Shown here: piece after piece, positions 43,890-55,093 of the stretch
Layout: every line of letters begins with the position of its first letter
Position numbering within the stretch: position 1 is the stretch's first letter
Assembly (NCBI GenBank): GCA_963695855.1
Contig: CAVOHZ010000008.1
Location: 224,001 to 288,000, forward strand
Source of the DNA: an uncultured Nitrososphaerales archaeon
GTDB taxonomy: Archaea; Thermoproteota; Nitrososphaeria; Nitrososphaerales; Nitrososphaeraceae
DNA length: 64,000 nt
Direction of reading: 5' to 3'
Notes under the pieces: generated by a model
What the model saw: only the letters and a program-made list of their open reading frames with translations
What the model was told of the DNA's origin: nothing
Database searches by the model: none
Translations under genes and position numbers: made by a program

Positions 43890-44445
43890 ATGACTCATTT
43901 ATCTTTCCCAAACTTATTATGTAAATTAGTAAATTTAGGAGAACTTTCAATGGAAGATGCTAGAATTATAGTATCTTATGAGTCATGACATATCTAAATA
44001 TCTTTATGAAGTTTCACATCCCTATAAAATAGATAATGTATTAAAATTTATTAAATATAATTATGATGATTTTAGGTTACATAAATCAATAATCTTTGGT
44101 ATAAACTATAAAAACAAATCAGAACCAATTCAGTTACTAGCGAAAACTATAGGTAATAAAGATATTGGCTATGTTTACAAAAAAAGCAAATATAGGATAT
44201 TGGATTGGTAAACAATATCAAGGTAAACGCTTGACAACAAGATGTGTAAAGCTAGTTGTTAACTATGGATTTGACATATTAAAATTGATAGCAATTTCAG
44301 TTTATTTCTTTACTCAAAATAAAGCTTGCATAAGAGTTTCGGTAAAAAAATAAGTTTGTAAAGACAGAAGGGGTAAAGGAATATCATCCTCTGTCAAATA
44401 GGAACAGAAAATCTTTAGTTTATACAATAAAAAATAAGAAATGAT
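43890..44445 (+). pseudogene. frameshifted RimJ/RimL-type GNAT acetyltransferase
   Basis: Fragments in different frames: EVSHPYK; ANIGYWIGKQYQGK..TTRCVKLVVNYGF...NKACIRV. Confidence 0.8.
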
Positions 44446-44497
44446 AAATTCCATTGAACGTAACTTTATACCTATATCAAGACCAGTCTATCATTGA

Positions 44498-44530
44498 TAA
44501 TACCGATAGAGGTACAAAAATAAGAGTCTA
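44498..44530. repeat. dispersed ~40-bp motif, copy B
   Basis: taataccgatagaggtacaaaaataagagtcta. Confidence 0.88.
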
Positions 44531-44727
44531 CTGTATGGTAATAAATAAGATAATATTTAACAATTACTTTTGAACAATTATAAAAGTTTGAATTCTCTAA
44601 ATTTAGAAATAAGAAGAAAGAAGAAAATATTAAAATTAAAATAAGAAATTAAAATTTCAGGTATTTCTTGTTTTGAATTTCTTGTTTTGAAGTCTTGACA
44701 ATTAGTTAATCCTAGGCGTGATATACA

Positions 44728-44765
44728 GGAAGTAATACTGATAGCGGTTCTAAAATAAGAGTCCA
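44728..44765. repeat. dispersed ~40-bp motif, copy C
   Basis: ggaagtaatactgatagcggttctaaaataagagtcca. Confidence 0.85.
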
Positions 44766-45232
44766 AGTTTATAGTAAAAGCGAAATGATTTAAGTTTATC
44801 TGAATTTTAAAATTAAAATTAGTGAAGTAAAAAGTATTTTTTATTGAAAACAGAATTTATTTCAGTAAACTATATTTTTTTTGAACTTCTGCTAAAACTT
44901 TTTCTACTGTAGTTCCTATTATTTTACTAAAGGTGGCTAAATGAGTAAACATTACTATGGTTTCAACCGTTTTAGGTAAAACCATCATTAATTTATGACT
45001 AGTTTACGGTACCCGTTTTATAGATTTATATTTCTAACTCAGTTCTAATCTATCTTGGTTATCTTTTTTTGGAGTTAGAACCTTCTAAAATTCAATATTT
45101 TTGGAAATAATTGTAAAAATCTTATTTTAATGCATTTTTAAATCAAATACAATTAAGGTTTATCTTTTGGGAAACATTTTATCAAATAAATTTCTCTAAA
45201 TATTTGGAATTATAATTGTTCAAAATAAAAAA

Positions 45233-45490
45233 TTAGGGTTTAATTTTATTTTTCTGTAAATCTCCATAATCTTTGAGCAAAAATACTTCTCCTCCATTAA
45301 ATCCTTCAACATCGTTTTTTGACACTTTATATTCATAGCGACCATCATGTATTGTAACAATATCTCCTTCTACACAAATGACATTTCCAACATCTTGATT
45401 ATCTTTTGAACGTACAGGTTTGAGTATTATTTTATCCCAATTGTATACTGCTGGTTCAGACGACATGTCAACATATATTACGTAAATCAA
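45233..45490 (-). CDS. small beta-rich protein (PRC-barrel-like)
   Basis: WDKIILKPVRSKDNQDVGNV...VEGFNGGEVFL. Confidence 0.7.
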   Translation of the reverse strand: MIYVIYVDMSSEPAVYNWDKIILKPVRSKDNQDVGNVICVEGDIVTIHDGRYEYKVSKNDVEGFNGGEVFLLKDYGDLQKNKIKP

Positions 45491-45623
45491 CTATTTAAGA
45501 TTTATTAGATTTAAAATTCTTATTGTTATATGAATATTCGTTTTAATACGTTACCTCTTCTCATGTTTATTTTTATTGATTTTGTCTTATCTATAAATAA
45601 TCAATTTAATTATTATAATTTAC

Positions 45624-46637
45624 TGCCTTGTTGCACAACTCGTTCTTCCCAACACATTTAGCTAACCAATTCTAGTCATATTATGTGAACTGGAGAAATT
45701 ACAACGAGTCTCTTGTTAAACGTGGCGAGGTATTACTGGATTTTGATATTATTGATAACTGGAATACAGAATTAGAGGAGATGAATAAGGACAAGGAAGG
45801 TAGAAAATTCGTATATCCAGATTCATTGATCAAGTTATTGGGATACATGAGAGCATATTTTCACTTACCTTACAGACAAACAGAAGGCGTAGTTAGGGAA
45901 CATGCTTCAAACACACTACCATCTATTCCAGATTATAGTAACATTAGTAGAAGAATAAACAGACTAGATATCAAGATTATTGATGATGATATAACCAAAT
46001 CTAACTTGCATGATGATAATTTTGTAATTGCAATTGATGCTACTGGAATCAAAGTATCAAACACAGGAGAATGGATTAGACATAAGTGGAATGTGAAGAA
46101 AGGCTATCTAAAGATACATTTAGCAGTCGACATAAAAAAGAAGAGAATTTTATCATTACATGTAACCAGTGAACAAGTACATGATGGAAAAGTACTGCCT
46201 GATCTGGTAGATGATATAACAATAAAACAGAACAAGGAAATCGATATGACTATCGCAGACGGAGCCTATGACAATAACAATAATTTTCGATTTCTATCAT
46301 TTAAGGGAATTGAACCTGCAATCAAGGTAAGAAAGAATTCCAAGTGGAGAAAGACCAATCACTATCTCAGAAACAAGACTGTAAAGATGCAGAAAGATCA
46401 CTTTGATAAATGGAAAGATAGCGTGAGCTATGGCAAGAGATGGATTGCAGAAACTGTCTTTTCCTGTATCAAGAGGATGTTCGGAGAATATGTTACTGCT
46501 ATCAGATTCGACAACATGATAAAGGAGATAATGCTGAAAGTATCGTTGTATAACTGGTTTCAGAGCATAACTGTCAGATAAACATCATGTAAACTAGAAT
46601 AAGAAAGATTGTTTAAAACGAGTTGTGCAACAGAGCA
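45624..46637 (+). mobile_element. intact IS5-family element with 8-bp TSD
   Basis: TIRs tgccttgttgcacaactcgtt / aacgagttgtgcaacagagca; taatttac at 45616-45623 and 46638-46645. Confidence 0.92.
45685..46581 (+). CDS. IS5-family transposase (IS903-like)
   Basis: NWRNYNESLVKRG, IDATG, KIHLAVD, ADGAYD, YGKRWIAETVFS. Confidence 0.93.
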   Translation: MNWRNYNESLVKRGEVLLDFDIIDNWNTELEEMNKDKEGRKFVYPDSLIKLLGYMRAYFHLPYRQTEGVVREHASNTLPSIPDYSNISRRINRLDIKIIDDDITKSNLHDDNFVIAIDATGIKVSNTGEWIRHKWNVKKGYLKIHLAVDIKKKRILSLHVTSEQVHDGKVLPDLVDDITIKQNKEIDMTIADGAYDNNNNFRFLSFKGIEPAIKVRKNSKWRKTNHYLRNKTVKMQKDHFDKWKDSVSYGKRWIAETVFSCIKRMFGEYVTAIRFDNMIKEIMLKVSLYNWFQSITVR

Positions 46638-46719
46638 TAATTTACCCCAAGTATATCCCAAAAATAGATAAGAATATAGATTATTGGTCGCTCATCATAT
46701 CTAATAATTTTTAAGAATA

Positions 46720-47471
46720 AAAAGTATCTTAGAACAATTATATATCTATTCCAGACGTTCTATGGAATGAAATTAAAAATATTTTACCTGATGCCAAACC
46801 AAATATACAATAGGTCGTCCAATTGTTCCATACAGAAAAGTATTTGATGGTATCATGTTTATCCTGAGAACTGGATGTCAATGGAAAATGTTACCCAAAG
46901 AATATGGATCTGGTTCTACCTGTCATAGAAGATGTCAAGAATGGAGAGAATCAGGTATATTTGATAAATTATGGAGCAGATTGTTAAAAATATATGATTT
47001 AAAGAAAGGAATAAAATGGAACTAGCAGTCACTTGATAGCATCTCTATAAAATCACCTTTAGGGGGGCGATGACAGGTCATAATCCTACTGCTAATGGAA
47101 GTAAATTAGGTAGTAAAAGACATATTTTAACAGATAAAGATGGCATTCCCCTTTCAACTGTTATAACATCTGCAAATACTCACGATGTTACTACTGTTGC
47201 AACAAATACAATTGATAATATTGTTATCAAGAGATCGTCATCAATAACAAAATACAGAAACAAGAAGAAGAAACAGAATCTATATCTTGACAGTGTATAT
47301 CATTCCAAGGAAAAAGAACAAGAAGTTATCAAAAGAGTATATATTCCACATATACAACACAGAAGAGAAGAAAAGAAATACAGCAATAGACATCCTGCAG
47401 TAAGAAGATGGGTGGTAGAGAGAACAAATTCTTGGCATAACAGATTCAGAAAATTATTTATTTCTTGTTAA
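46720..47471 (+). pseudogene. degraded two-ORF IS5-family transposase
   Basis: DGIMFILRTGCQWKMLPKEYGSGSTCHRR, internal stop, G-run frameshift site, then KRHILTD and RWVVERTNSWHNRFRKL. Confidence 0.85.
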
Positions 47472-48057
47472 ACTCGTAAGAATGATTTTTCTTAAAATGG
47501 ATATCTTTGTACCAAGCACAATTATTACAAACCCAAGTATTCGAACGAGAATATTATCTGGTCTATCTGACGTACCTGATTGACCTATATTATTTGGATG
47601 CGGGATTATTAATTTTTGGGACCTCATTTTTTAGTATAGAACTTGGAATAACATTCATTATAGTTTTTTGGATATTGTTGTTTTTGTTCTTCTACTCATT
47701 GTATTATTTTCTCTAACTGTTGTCATATGTTTATTCCCTCTATCTTAAGTGCCCTTGAATCAACTTTTAAATGAAATACAATGATTGATTTCAACTACAT
47801 ATAAATTCATAAATTAGATGCGCCCTAGAAAACTACTGGCCCGTCGGGACTGGAATGCTCCATGTTGTAGGGTTCTATTATACTACCGTGTATTTACCTT
47901 TTATTATAGAAAATTATTTTTCAATTATTTTGAAAATTTATAATATACTAAATTAATAATCCCATATTAAGATTGTTTACTTGTAACTACATAATTATCA
48001 ATTTAATTGAAACGAATCCTTAAAATCTTAAAGACGTTATGTTATTGTCAATAACAT

Positions 48058-48870
48058 TTGCCTTCAAAAGAAAAGACTGCACATAGATTAACACTAAAAT
48101 ATTTTGTTTTCTCAATGATAATAGTTATAATAATTGCAAATGCTAATGTAATATTTTCAGAAGCATATAGTAAGCATTTTGTTTCTCTTTTGATATTAAA
48201 TATAACTGCGGCTACTGCTTCGATTTTAGGTATTATCGCTATCTGTAGATACGGATTTCATGGACTTCATGGTAAATCATATTTGTTTCTTACACTTGGT
48301 CTTATAGTGTGGTTTTCGGCTGATTTTACACTTTTATATGATTATTATGCATTGGGAATAGAAGAACAAAGATTTGTAACTATTACGGATGCTTTATGGT
48401 TTGCTGGATATGGATTTCTTGCTCTACATTTGTTTATAATATTACACTCTTTACGTATTAAAATAAAATCCAAAATTGTTATTATAGTATCAATTATTAC
48501 AATGCTCTTTATTAGTTATAATTTAGTTAATCTTCTTTCTTATGATTCTAACATTGAAAATGATTTTATAGCTCTCATCGTAACCCTTTTGTATCCTATT
48601 TTAGATTTTATATTAATTATACCTTCTTTAATAATCCTTTTAATCTTACGTAAAGATTATGAGTACAATATCCCTTGGTTTCTTTCTTCATTGTCATTAT
48701 TAGTAAATGCAATAGCGGATGATGGATATGTTAATGATTTTGTAGCAAGCAATTCAGAAAATCTTTGGTTTTGGGAACTATTCTATATAACAGATTTTAT
48801 TATAATGTCAGGGGCTTTATTTTGGTATAATAAATTCCATATTTCGAATGCTTTAAGAAATGTAAAATAG
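48058..48870 (+). CDS. multi-pass membrane protein (7TM sensor-like)
   Basis: Seven or more hydrophobic segments; DALWFAGY, YPILD. Confidence 0.8.
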   Translation: MPSKEKTAHRLTLKYFVFSMIIVIIIANANVIFSEAYSKHFVSLLILNITAATASILGIIAICRYGFHGLHGKSYLFLTLGLIVWFSADFTLLYDYYALGIEEQRFVTITDALWFAGYGFLALHLFIILHSLRIKIKSKIVIIVSIITMLFISYNLVNLLSYDSNIENDFIALIVTLLYPILDFILIIPSLIILLILRKDYEYNIPWFLSSLSLLVNAIADDGYVNDFVASNSENLWFWELFYITDFIIMSGALFWYNKFHISNALRNVK

Positions 48871-49005
48871 AGTAATGATCATAAATTAAATAACTATACC
48901 TGTAAAAATATTTATTAGTATTTTTTTTATGTATTTAATCTATAGCTAATGTACCTTATACGTTCGAATGAAATAACTACAAACATGAGTATTCGCCATC
49001 AAAAT

Positions 49006-49038
49006 TAATACCGATAACTGTGCGAAAATAAGTGTCTA
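49006..49038. repeat. dispersed ~40-bp motif, copy D
   Basis: taataccgataactgtgcgaaaataagtgtcta. Confidence 0.8.
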
Positions 49039-49143
49039 ACGTCGTACTACTATGAATAATTCAAACTTATTTGTTACAATATAATAAGGAATGAAATTTT
49101 GGATTAAAAAAATTATGAAAGATATAGAAAGACAAGAAGGTTA

Positions 49144-49400
49144 TCAATAACTTCCTTTTTGTTTACTGGGATCATAGAGAACTTTGTTATTTACTGCAAC
49201 TTTATCCGTTACTGGTTCTCTATAATTAAGTATTATTTTCATGGATGATTCTTCATCTATAATAGTACTGGTAGTAGTATTGCCAGAAAATGATGGGCTA
49301 TGATCTTGTTGATTTCTATCCTTCAATTCATCTTCTACCAAATTTTTTATTTGAATTTCACAATCACTGTTTTGTTTAGACGTTTTTTATAATCTTATAT
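49144..49400 (-). pseudogene. internally deleted paralogue of the 34738-35361 gene
   Basis: VEDELKDRNQQDHSP...REPVTDKVA matches its C-terminus; flanks also similar. Confidence 0.8.
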
Positions 49401-49608
49401 ATATTATTATGAATAATAGTAATCCAATACAAATTTGAGTATTTTCAAAACTTTTAAATATAATATATTACTAAATATTAGTCTCCTAATTTAAAGACAA
49501 ACTGACTTTTTATTTTAAGTAATAACAGTATAATTGAAATTGTAGTAAAATCCTCTAAGAGAATATCCTGCCTGTAATTTTACTATCAAGTTCCCATACA
49601 AACAAATG

Positions 49609-50547
49609 TTATTTCGTTGTATAAACTTTGTATAGCGAATTAGTTTCCAGATCAATATATTTCCATTCGGTTTCTTTTATCTGTATTTCTTGAAATTCTG
49701 ATAGTATTGTAGGATGTAGCAATTTATATACATTATTTCCAACAGAAATTTTGTTTGGTCCTGTCAAGGATTCCTCCATCTCTGCTGCTACATTCATAGG
49801 ATATCCTATCAGATCAATAGGTGCGCTTTTATCATATCCATATTGTATAGCTAAATTCTCTCCCTCATCTATTGCTATTTTAACAGCTAATTTTGGATAA
49901 TTATCTTTATCTTTTTCTAAAATTGGATTAATACCATTTTCTATTACGTTAATCATTGATTTAGCACATTGGAATGCGGTATCACAAGATAGATACTTAT
50001 TAAATCCACTTGGAAAGAACGCAATAACTGCATCTCCTACGTACTTTAACACAAATCCATTATAACTTTCAACAACGGAAGAAAGTTCATGAGAAAAGGC
50101 TTTGATTATCTTTGCCATTCTTTCGACTGGTAAAACCATACTCATCTTTGTTGAACCTACTAAATCAGCGTACATTACAACAAGAGAAAGTTTAGAATCA
50201 ACGTGATTGAGAAGAAAGTCTTGTCCTCTCTTTATTGATGTATTGTATTGATAACGCTCATGTAAAACACTCCAAAGCCTTTCTTGTCTTTGTGATAGTA
50301 ATGTTTGTAAATCATAGATGATTCTATTTTCAATAGATGATAATGTATTTCTATTAGTATACGTGTCTGTATTGCTATTATTTCTATCAATCATTCTTTC
50401 TATTATTTTTTCTTTAATGTGCTCATCATCTTGATTATTCTCTATATCTATTGATTTTTCTTCTTTTATGTTGTCACTTTTACGTTTGGGATTAATACTA
50501 ACATCTTTTTCATGACTTTCATTTTCTTTATCTTTATCTTCTCCCAA
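49609..50547 (-). CDS. class III adenylate/guanylate cyclase
   Basis: YADLVGST, KYVGDAVIAFF, DLIGYPMNVAA. Confidence 0.9.
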   Translation of the reverse strand: MGEDKDKENESHEKDVSINPKRKSDNIKEEKSIDIENNQDDEHIKEKIIERMIDRNNSNTDTYTNRNTLSSIENRIIYDLQTLLSQRQERLWSVLHERYQYNTSIKRGQDFLLNHVDSKLSLVVMYADLVGSTKMSMVLPVERMAKIIKAFSHELSSVVESYNGFVLKYVGDAVIAFFPSGFNKYLSCDTAFQCAKSMINVIENGINPILEKDKDNYPKLAVKIAIDEGENLAIQYGYDKSAPIDLIGYPMNVAAEMEESLTGPNKISVGNNVYKLLHPTILSEFQEIQIKETEWKYIDLETNSLYKVYTTK

Positions 50548-51015
50548 AGACCTTAATTAAATCAGGTAATTATTTAATTTAACTATTTCGATGACAGTGA
50601 AAGAATAAGATAAGGTCTTTTTCTTTCATTTTTATAGGGATTGATATTACGTAATAGATACATTAATGGAATGAGAATACTAAGAATTGTTTACAGATAC
50701 TGAAGAATTGCTAAATTCTTTAATATGTTTCATACTTATATATTACTATGTGACTTTATATCGTGACTTGTGTTCAGATTTGGTAAAATCCTTTAAAATA
50801 TCAGAAGGATTCTCTTAATTCAAAACCCATTTTTAAAAGTCAAAGTGAATTAATCCAATTTGCTATTCCGTATTGAAGAACAACAAATCAATGGTTCTGA
50901 AACTATAGTATCATATTAACAATTGCTATATAATCTGTGTCATATTTAGTTACTGATTAGTCACCAACTATTGAAGATTCTTCAGTTGTTACCATACCTT
51001 AGATTTTAAAATTAA

Positions 51016-51276
51016 TTAGTTATTTTTGATGGTATTTTGTAATAATTCTCCCATTTCGTTATGCATTTTAAGAAAGTTTAATCCTTTTTCTGTGGTCTTG
51101 AATGTGTGAGTTCCATCAATATAATCTATTAGCTTGTATTCTATCAAAATAGAAAGATACTCTTTTAATTGAATATAACTTACAAAAGCTATGTACATAA
51201 TTTTTGTCTTGGTTGCCCCTCCATTTGCCGCATCAAGTATATTACAAACTATTTCTGTTCTGCTTCTATTTGCCAT
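51016..51276 (-). CDS. small winged-HTH regulator, paralogue of 38431-38691
   Basis: Closely similar 86-aa sequence. Confidence 0.88.
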   Translation of the reverse strand: MANRSRTEIVCNILDAANGGATKTKIMYIAFVSYIQLKEYLSILIEYKLIDYIDGTHTFKTTEKGLNFLKMHNEMGELLQNTIKNN

Positions 51277-51622
51277 ATTATTGATAAGGAATTTACTTAT
51301 TTTAGTATAACGTCACATGAAGAGGTAAGCTAATTACAGAAAAACATTCCACATATTATTTGCAATAAAAAAATATAAGAAATATTCATGACTTTGCTCA
51401 AAATTGTATTATGGAATAGTTATCCTATTTAAATTTGTCAACAATTCATTATATGGATTGTTTATTTTTAAATATAATTTTAGATGTATATAAAATAATA
51501 GGAGGTAGAGTCCTGCATATAGTATGGTTCTATTACCTTGTATTTAGCTTTTATTATTGAAAACTTATTTTAAGTTTATTTTGAAAGATTAAGGTATGTG
51601 AATTCGTTAGAAATTTGAATGA

Positions 51623-51660
51623 GGGAGTAATACCGATAGCGGTGCGAAAATAAGAGTCTA
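51623..51660. repeat. dispersed ~40-bp motif, copy E
   Basis: gggagtaataccgatagcggtgcgaaaataagagtcta. Confidence 0.9.
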
Positions 51661-51693
51661 ATCATGTAGTATAATGGATAATATTTATGATTA

Positions 51694-52083
51694 TTACTCT
51701 ACACATATTCCTGGAACATGGACCTTCTTGAATAAATGTAGTGAAACTACTAAACTATCGTCATTATATTTTAAAAGTGACGACTGTGTTTCAGAACTAA
51801 ACAATATTTTGTTAACCGCTTCCTTATAATGCTCTATCGATTCCCAAAATGCATAATTAATGAATACACTACTTTTTCCAATCCCTTTGTACAATTGTGT
51901 GAAAATAAATCCTGGTTGCTGTTTAAAGTTAGTAGCATCTTCTGCCCAATCCTTTAAAAACTGTTTAACCTTATCTGGTTCTACATTGAATCTGTTTATC
52001 AGAATTACAGAGCCTTCTATTTCTTTTTCTTCAATCTGATCCTTAAATTTTGCTCTCTCGTCCATTTCAATAAATTTTACCAT
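51694..52083 (-). CDS. antibiotic biosynthesis monooxygenase (ABM) family protein
   Basis: VILINRFNV, FKQQPGFI, FINYAFWES. Confidence 0.88.
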   Translation of the reverse strand: MVKFIEMDERAKFKDQIEEKEIEGSVILINRFNVEPDKVKQFLKDWAEDATNFKQQPGFIFTQLYKGIGKSSVFINYAFWESIEHYKEAVNKILFSSETQSSLLKYNDDSLVVSLHLFKKVHVPGICVE

Positions 52084-52283
52084 AGCATTACAATATAGTA
52101 GTTACAAAGGGAATAAACGATTTCTTTTTTACGACGAGGACAGAAATACTATTGGGTTACTACTGAGGATAAGATAGAGGGAGTTAAAAGAAAGTCGTTT
52201 TTTTACAGAAACTAAATTATTAATCTTCGTACTATTAGATTGTACTATTAGAATTTATTAAATAAAAATATACTTATACATAT

Positions 52284-52685
52284 ATGTCGTCGTCAAATGT
52301 TAACGATAATAAAAATTCCCTTTACAATTTTACCAAAATTATATTGAATTCCCACAAGTCTATAAGATGGGTAGGAATAACTAATCATAATGGTACTATT
52401 CTAAATCAAAGAACTAGAAAAGGACTAAAACTCTTTCTTACCGAAGAAGAAAATAACGAATTTGCAAAAAATTCAATAATTAGACATAAAGCAAGATTAA
52501 AATTTGAATCAAAAATGGGTAAATTAATCTATGCATTTAGGAGATATGAAAACATGAGTAGATGCCTAATTCCAATCAATAAAAGTTATTACCTATTTTT
52601 TACTATGGATTTTGAGGAAAGTAATTTTGATAATATAATAATGGAAAAAATTATTCTTTTAATTAAGAAAGAGGGCAAATTTTAA
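52284..52685 (+). CDS. thaumarchaeal conserved hypothetical protein (roadblock-like)
   Basis: SIRWVGITNHNG...RKGLKLFLTEEE...MGKLIYA pattern. Confidence 0.7.
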   Translation: MSSSNVNDNKNSLYNFTKIILNSHKSIRWVGITNHNGTILNQRTRKGLKLFLTEEENNEFAKNSIIRHKARLKFESKMGKLIYAFRRYENMSRCLIPINKSYYLFFTMDFEESNFDNIIMEKIILLIKKEGKF

Positions 52686-52754
52686 AACATTTAAAAATGC
52701 TTTAAAACTACTTGGTATAGATATAATATAACTTGTTAATTGACAAATAAAATA

Positions 52755-52778
52755 GTAACTAACTAACTAACTAACTAA
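52755..52778. repeat. (TAAC)n microsatellite
   Basis: taactaactaactaactaactaa. Confidence 0.85.
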
Positions 52779-52813
52779 AAGAAAAAAATATACTTCTTAC
52801 TGTAATCTATCTT

Positions 52814-53023
52814 TTAAATCTCTTTTATTTGCCAGATATTACCACATTTTACATTATATTTTTCATGATGTTTAATTATTGCTTCTTCATTGGGTGCATC
52901 TACCATACAAAAAATTATCCCTGCTTCAACATTGTATAAAATTTTGTCAACTTTTATACCATATTCATCTCTAGGTAACTCTTTGGCTGTTTTTAAAATA
53001 TCTTCATCTATCTCTGTCTTTAA
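52814..53023 (-). pseudogene. 5'-truncated DUF4242/SCO4226-like protein
   Basis: Hand translation ...DEYGIKVDKILYNVEAGIIFCMVDAPNEEAIIKHHEKYNVKC...; N-terminus replaced by an IS630 remnant. Confidence 0.65.
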
Positions 53024-53025
53024 AT

Positions 53026-53405
53026 GCAGATGGAAGATAAACTGGAATTAAACTTTCTTTATTGTCAGCAAAATATTTCAGTACATATCTTGATCTGCAA
53101 TGTTGTTTTGTCTTATCCAGTCTAGGTGACATTTTAGAAATTTTCTATGTATTTTTTTGGATAGTCTAAAAAGCTATCTTCATTAAACCAGTCATACTGT
53201 CTCTATAATTGTTTTCCTTCCAGACTTGTAGCCAAATAGAACTGTCCCCTGATGATATCCAGTAATCCTTACAATTGGTCTTCATCTTTCTTTATCCATA
53301 CTCTTACAAGAGAATCAAAGAAGAAAAATGATTCATCAGTACATACTACCGTGAATCCGTCTTGGAGATTATCCAGTATCTTTGTAGCTCTTTTTTAAAA
53401 TGTTC
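53026..53405 (-). mobile_element. degraded IS630 fragment
   Basis: Reverse complement aligns with ~62640-63022. Confidence 0.85.
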
Positions 53406-53485
53406 TTATAGATTAAGATTTATGGCGAGATAAAGAATTGAATCTTTAAATATTATTAGTCATCATTAAATACTAAATTCTAAAA

Positions 53486-54607
53486 TTGCAAGAATCATCT
53501 AAAGATCCTTCTTATGATGCCGCTGATGACGATATCAATATTCCATCCTCACAGCATTCTTCAAATGAAATTGAAAACTCATTAATAGATTCTACAAATA
53601 CTTTGTCATCTTCAGCTAACCTTGTTCAGGAAGGAATTATTGTGGGTAAAAAGATAGCAAAAATATCTGTAGTAACTCTTCTAGCCATTGGGATTGTTGA
53701 GATAATAACAGGATATCTGAGTGGTAGTGTGGTAGCTACTGCTGACGGAATCGACTCTATATCTGATTCCATGATATCGTTTATTGTATTACTAGGGCTT
53801 AGAATAGCCCACAGACCCGCGGACAAGAAATTCCATTTTGGATACCATAAGGTAGAGAGTTTTGCTGCATTAATTGCTGCAATAGGAATGATAGTAATAG
53901 GAATAATAATCTTCTATAATTCATATCAATCGTTAATACATCCTCATGAGATAAAAGAGCCAGTCTTGGTAATGATTGTGTTAGCTGGTGCTAGTGCTTT
54001 ATCATTACACAGAGCATTTCAAATGCGAAAGATTGCTAATAAATATAATCTTCTTTCACTTAAAACCGATGCCCGAAACTCTATAAAAGATGGGTCGGCT
54101 TCGGTAATAGGTTTCTTTAGTATACTAATAGCAACTCAGTTCGGATTTTTACAAATGGATGCCATTGGAGGAATGATAATCGCGGGATACATATTCTCTG
54201 TATCCTATATATCGTTGAAAAGATCATCTCTTATCCTTGTAGATTCATGGCAAAATCCTGAGTTGACAGAATTGATTAAAAAGATAATTTCAGAACAGTT
54301 CGGAAATGAAATGTTCGAAGTTAAAAACGTATTACTGCGATCTTCAGGTATGATTGACCAAGCAGAGATCCATATAGAATTTAGTGGTGATGAACCTTTG
54401 TCTGATATAGAAATGTTATCACTAGGAATTGAAATGGCAATTCGCTCTAAAATTCCATCTCTTGAAAAAATATCTATTATACCCCATTCATCTTCTAATT
54501 GTGAGAAGTCTGCTTCAGTAAAGACTAATGCTTTGCGTTACATTAAATGGAGACAATCAGCATTCAGATTTGATAGACATAAACAAACAAAAGAGAAGAA
54601 AAGATAA
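53486..54607 (+). CDS. cation diffusion facilitator (FieF-like)
   Basis: ADGIDSISD, RPADKKFHFGYHKVE, DARNSIKD. Confidence 0.92.
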   Translation: MQESSKDPSYDAADDDINIPSSQHSSNEIENSLIDSTNTLSSSANLVQEGIIVGKKIAKISVVTLLAIGIVEIITGYLSGSVVATADGIDSISDSMISFIVLLGLRIAHRPADKKFHFGYHKVESFAALIAAIGMIVIGIIIFYNSYQSLIHPHEIKEPVLVMIVLAGASALSLHRAFQMRKIANKYNLLSLKTDARNSIKDGSASVIGFFSILIATQFGFLQMDAIGGMIIAGYIFSVSYISLKRSSLILVDSWQNPELTELIKKIISEQFGNEMFEVKNVLLRSSGMIDQAEIHIEFSGDEPLSDIEMLSLGIEMAIRSKIPSLEKISIIPHSSSNCEKSASVKTNALRYIKWRQSAFRFDRHKQTKEKKR

Positions 54608-54755
54608 AATGCATAATACCTTCAACTTTAAAAAGATGTTGAAAATAATAAATGTAAGAAAATAGATGGGCGCTAGGAAACTGTGGGCCCGTGGGGAGTT
54701 GAACAGTTACCTTATCCATGTTCGGTAACAAAATATCACTAGAGTAATAAATTAA

Positions 54756-54959
54756 TTAAAAAAAATAATCTTTGACTACATGACCGCAATCACGGCACTC
54801 TAGCCAATCAAAAGAGTCGTGTGGTAGGTCACCATCAATTAATTCCTCCTTTCTTGTGAGGCGTGGACCCAATTGAACAGAAATTCCTTCTTCCAGGCAA
54901 CTAGGACACCAACTCGTATTAGGGATATTTTCTGTATTGGTTTTATCTAACATTCGCAA
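54756..54959 (-). CDS. small zinc-ribbon protein
   Basis: WCPSC...LGPR...WLECRDCGH. Confidence 0.6.
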   Translation of the reverse strand: MRMLDKTNTENIPNTSWCPSCLEEGISVQLGPRLTRKEELIDGDLPHDSFDWLECRDCGHVVKDYFF

Positions 54960-55093
54960 GGCAGATCACTAGACTAATAAAATTATATATGTATAATGAT
55001 ATAATCTTCAATTTCATTATACTATAACACATTAGATAGATAGAAACTCAGGAGGGTCTAAAACAAAGTAGTGCCCGAGGAAACTGTGGGTCA

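Noticed and set aside
52115-52200. Imperfect inverted repeat as a MITE
   Set aside because: Short, T-rich, no TSD and no second copy seen
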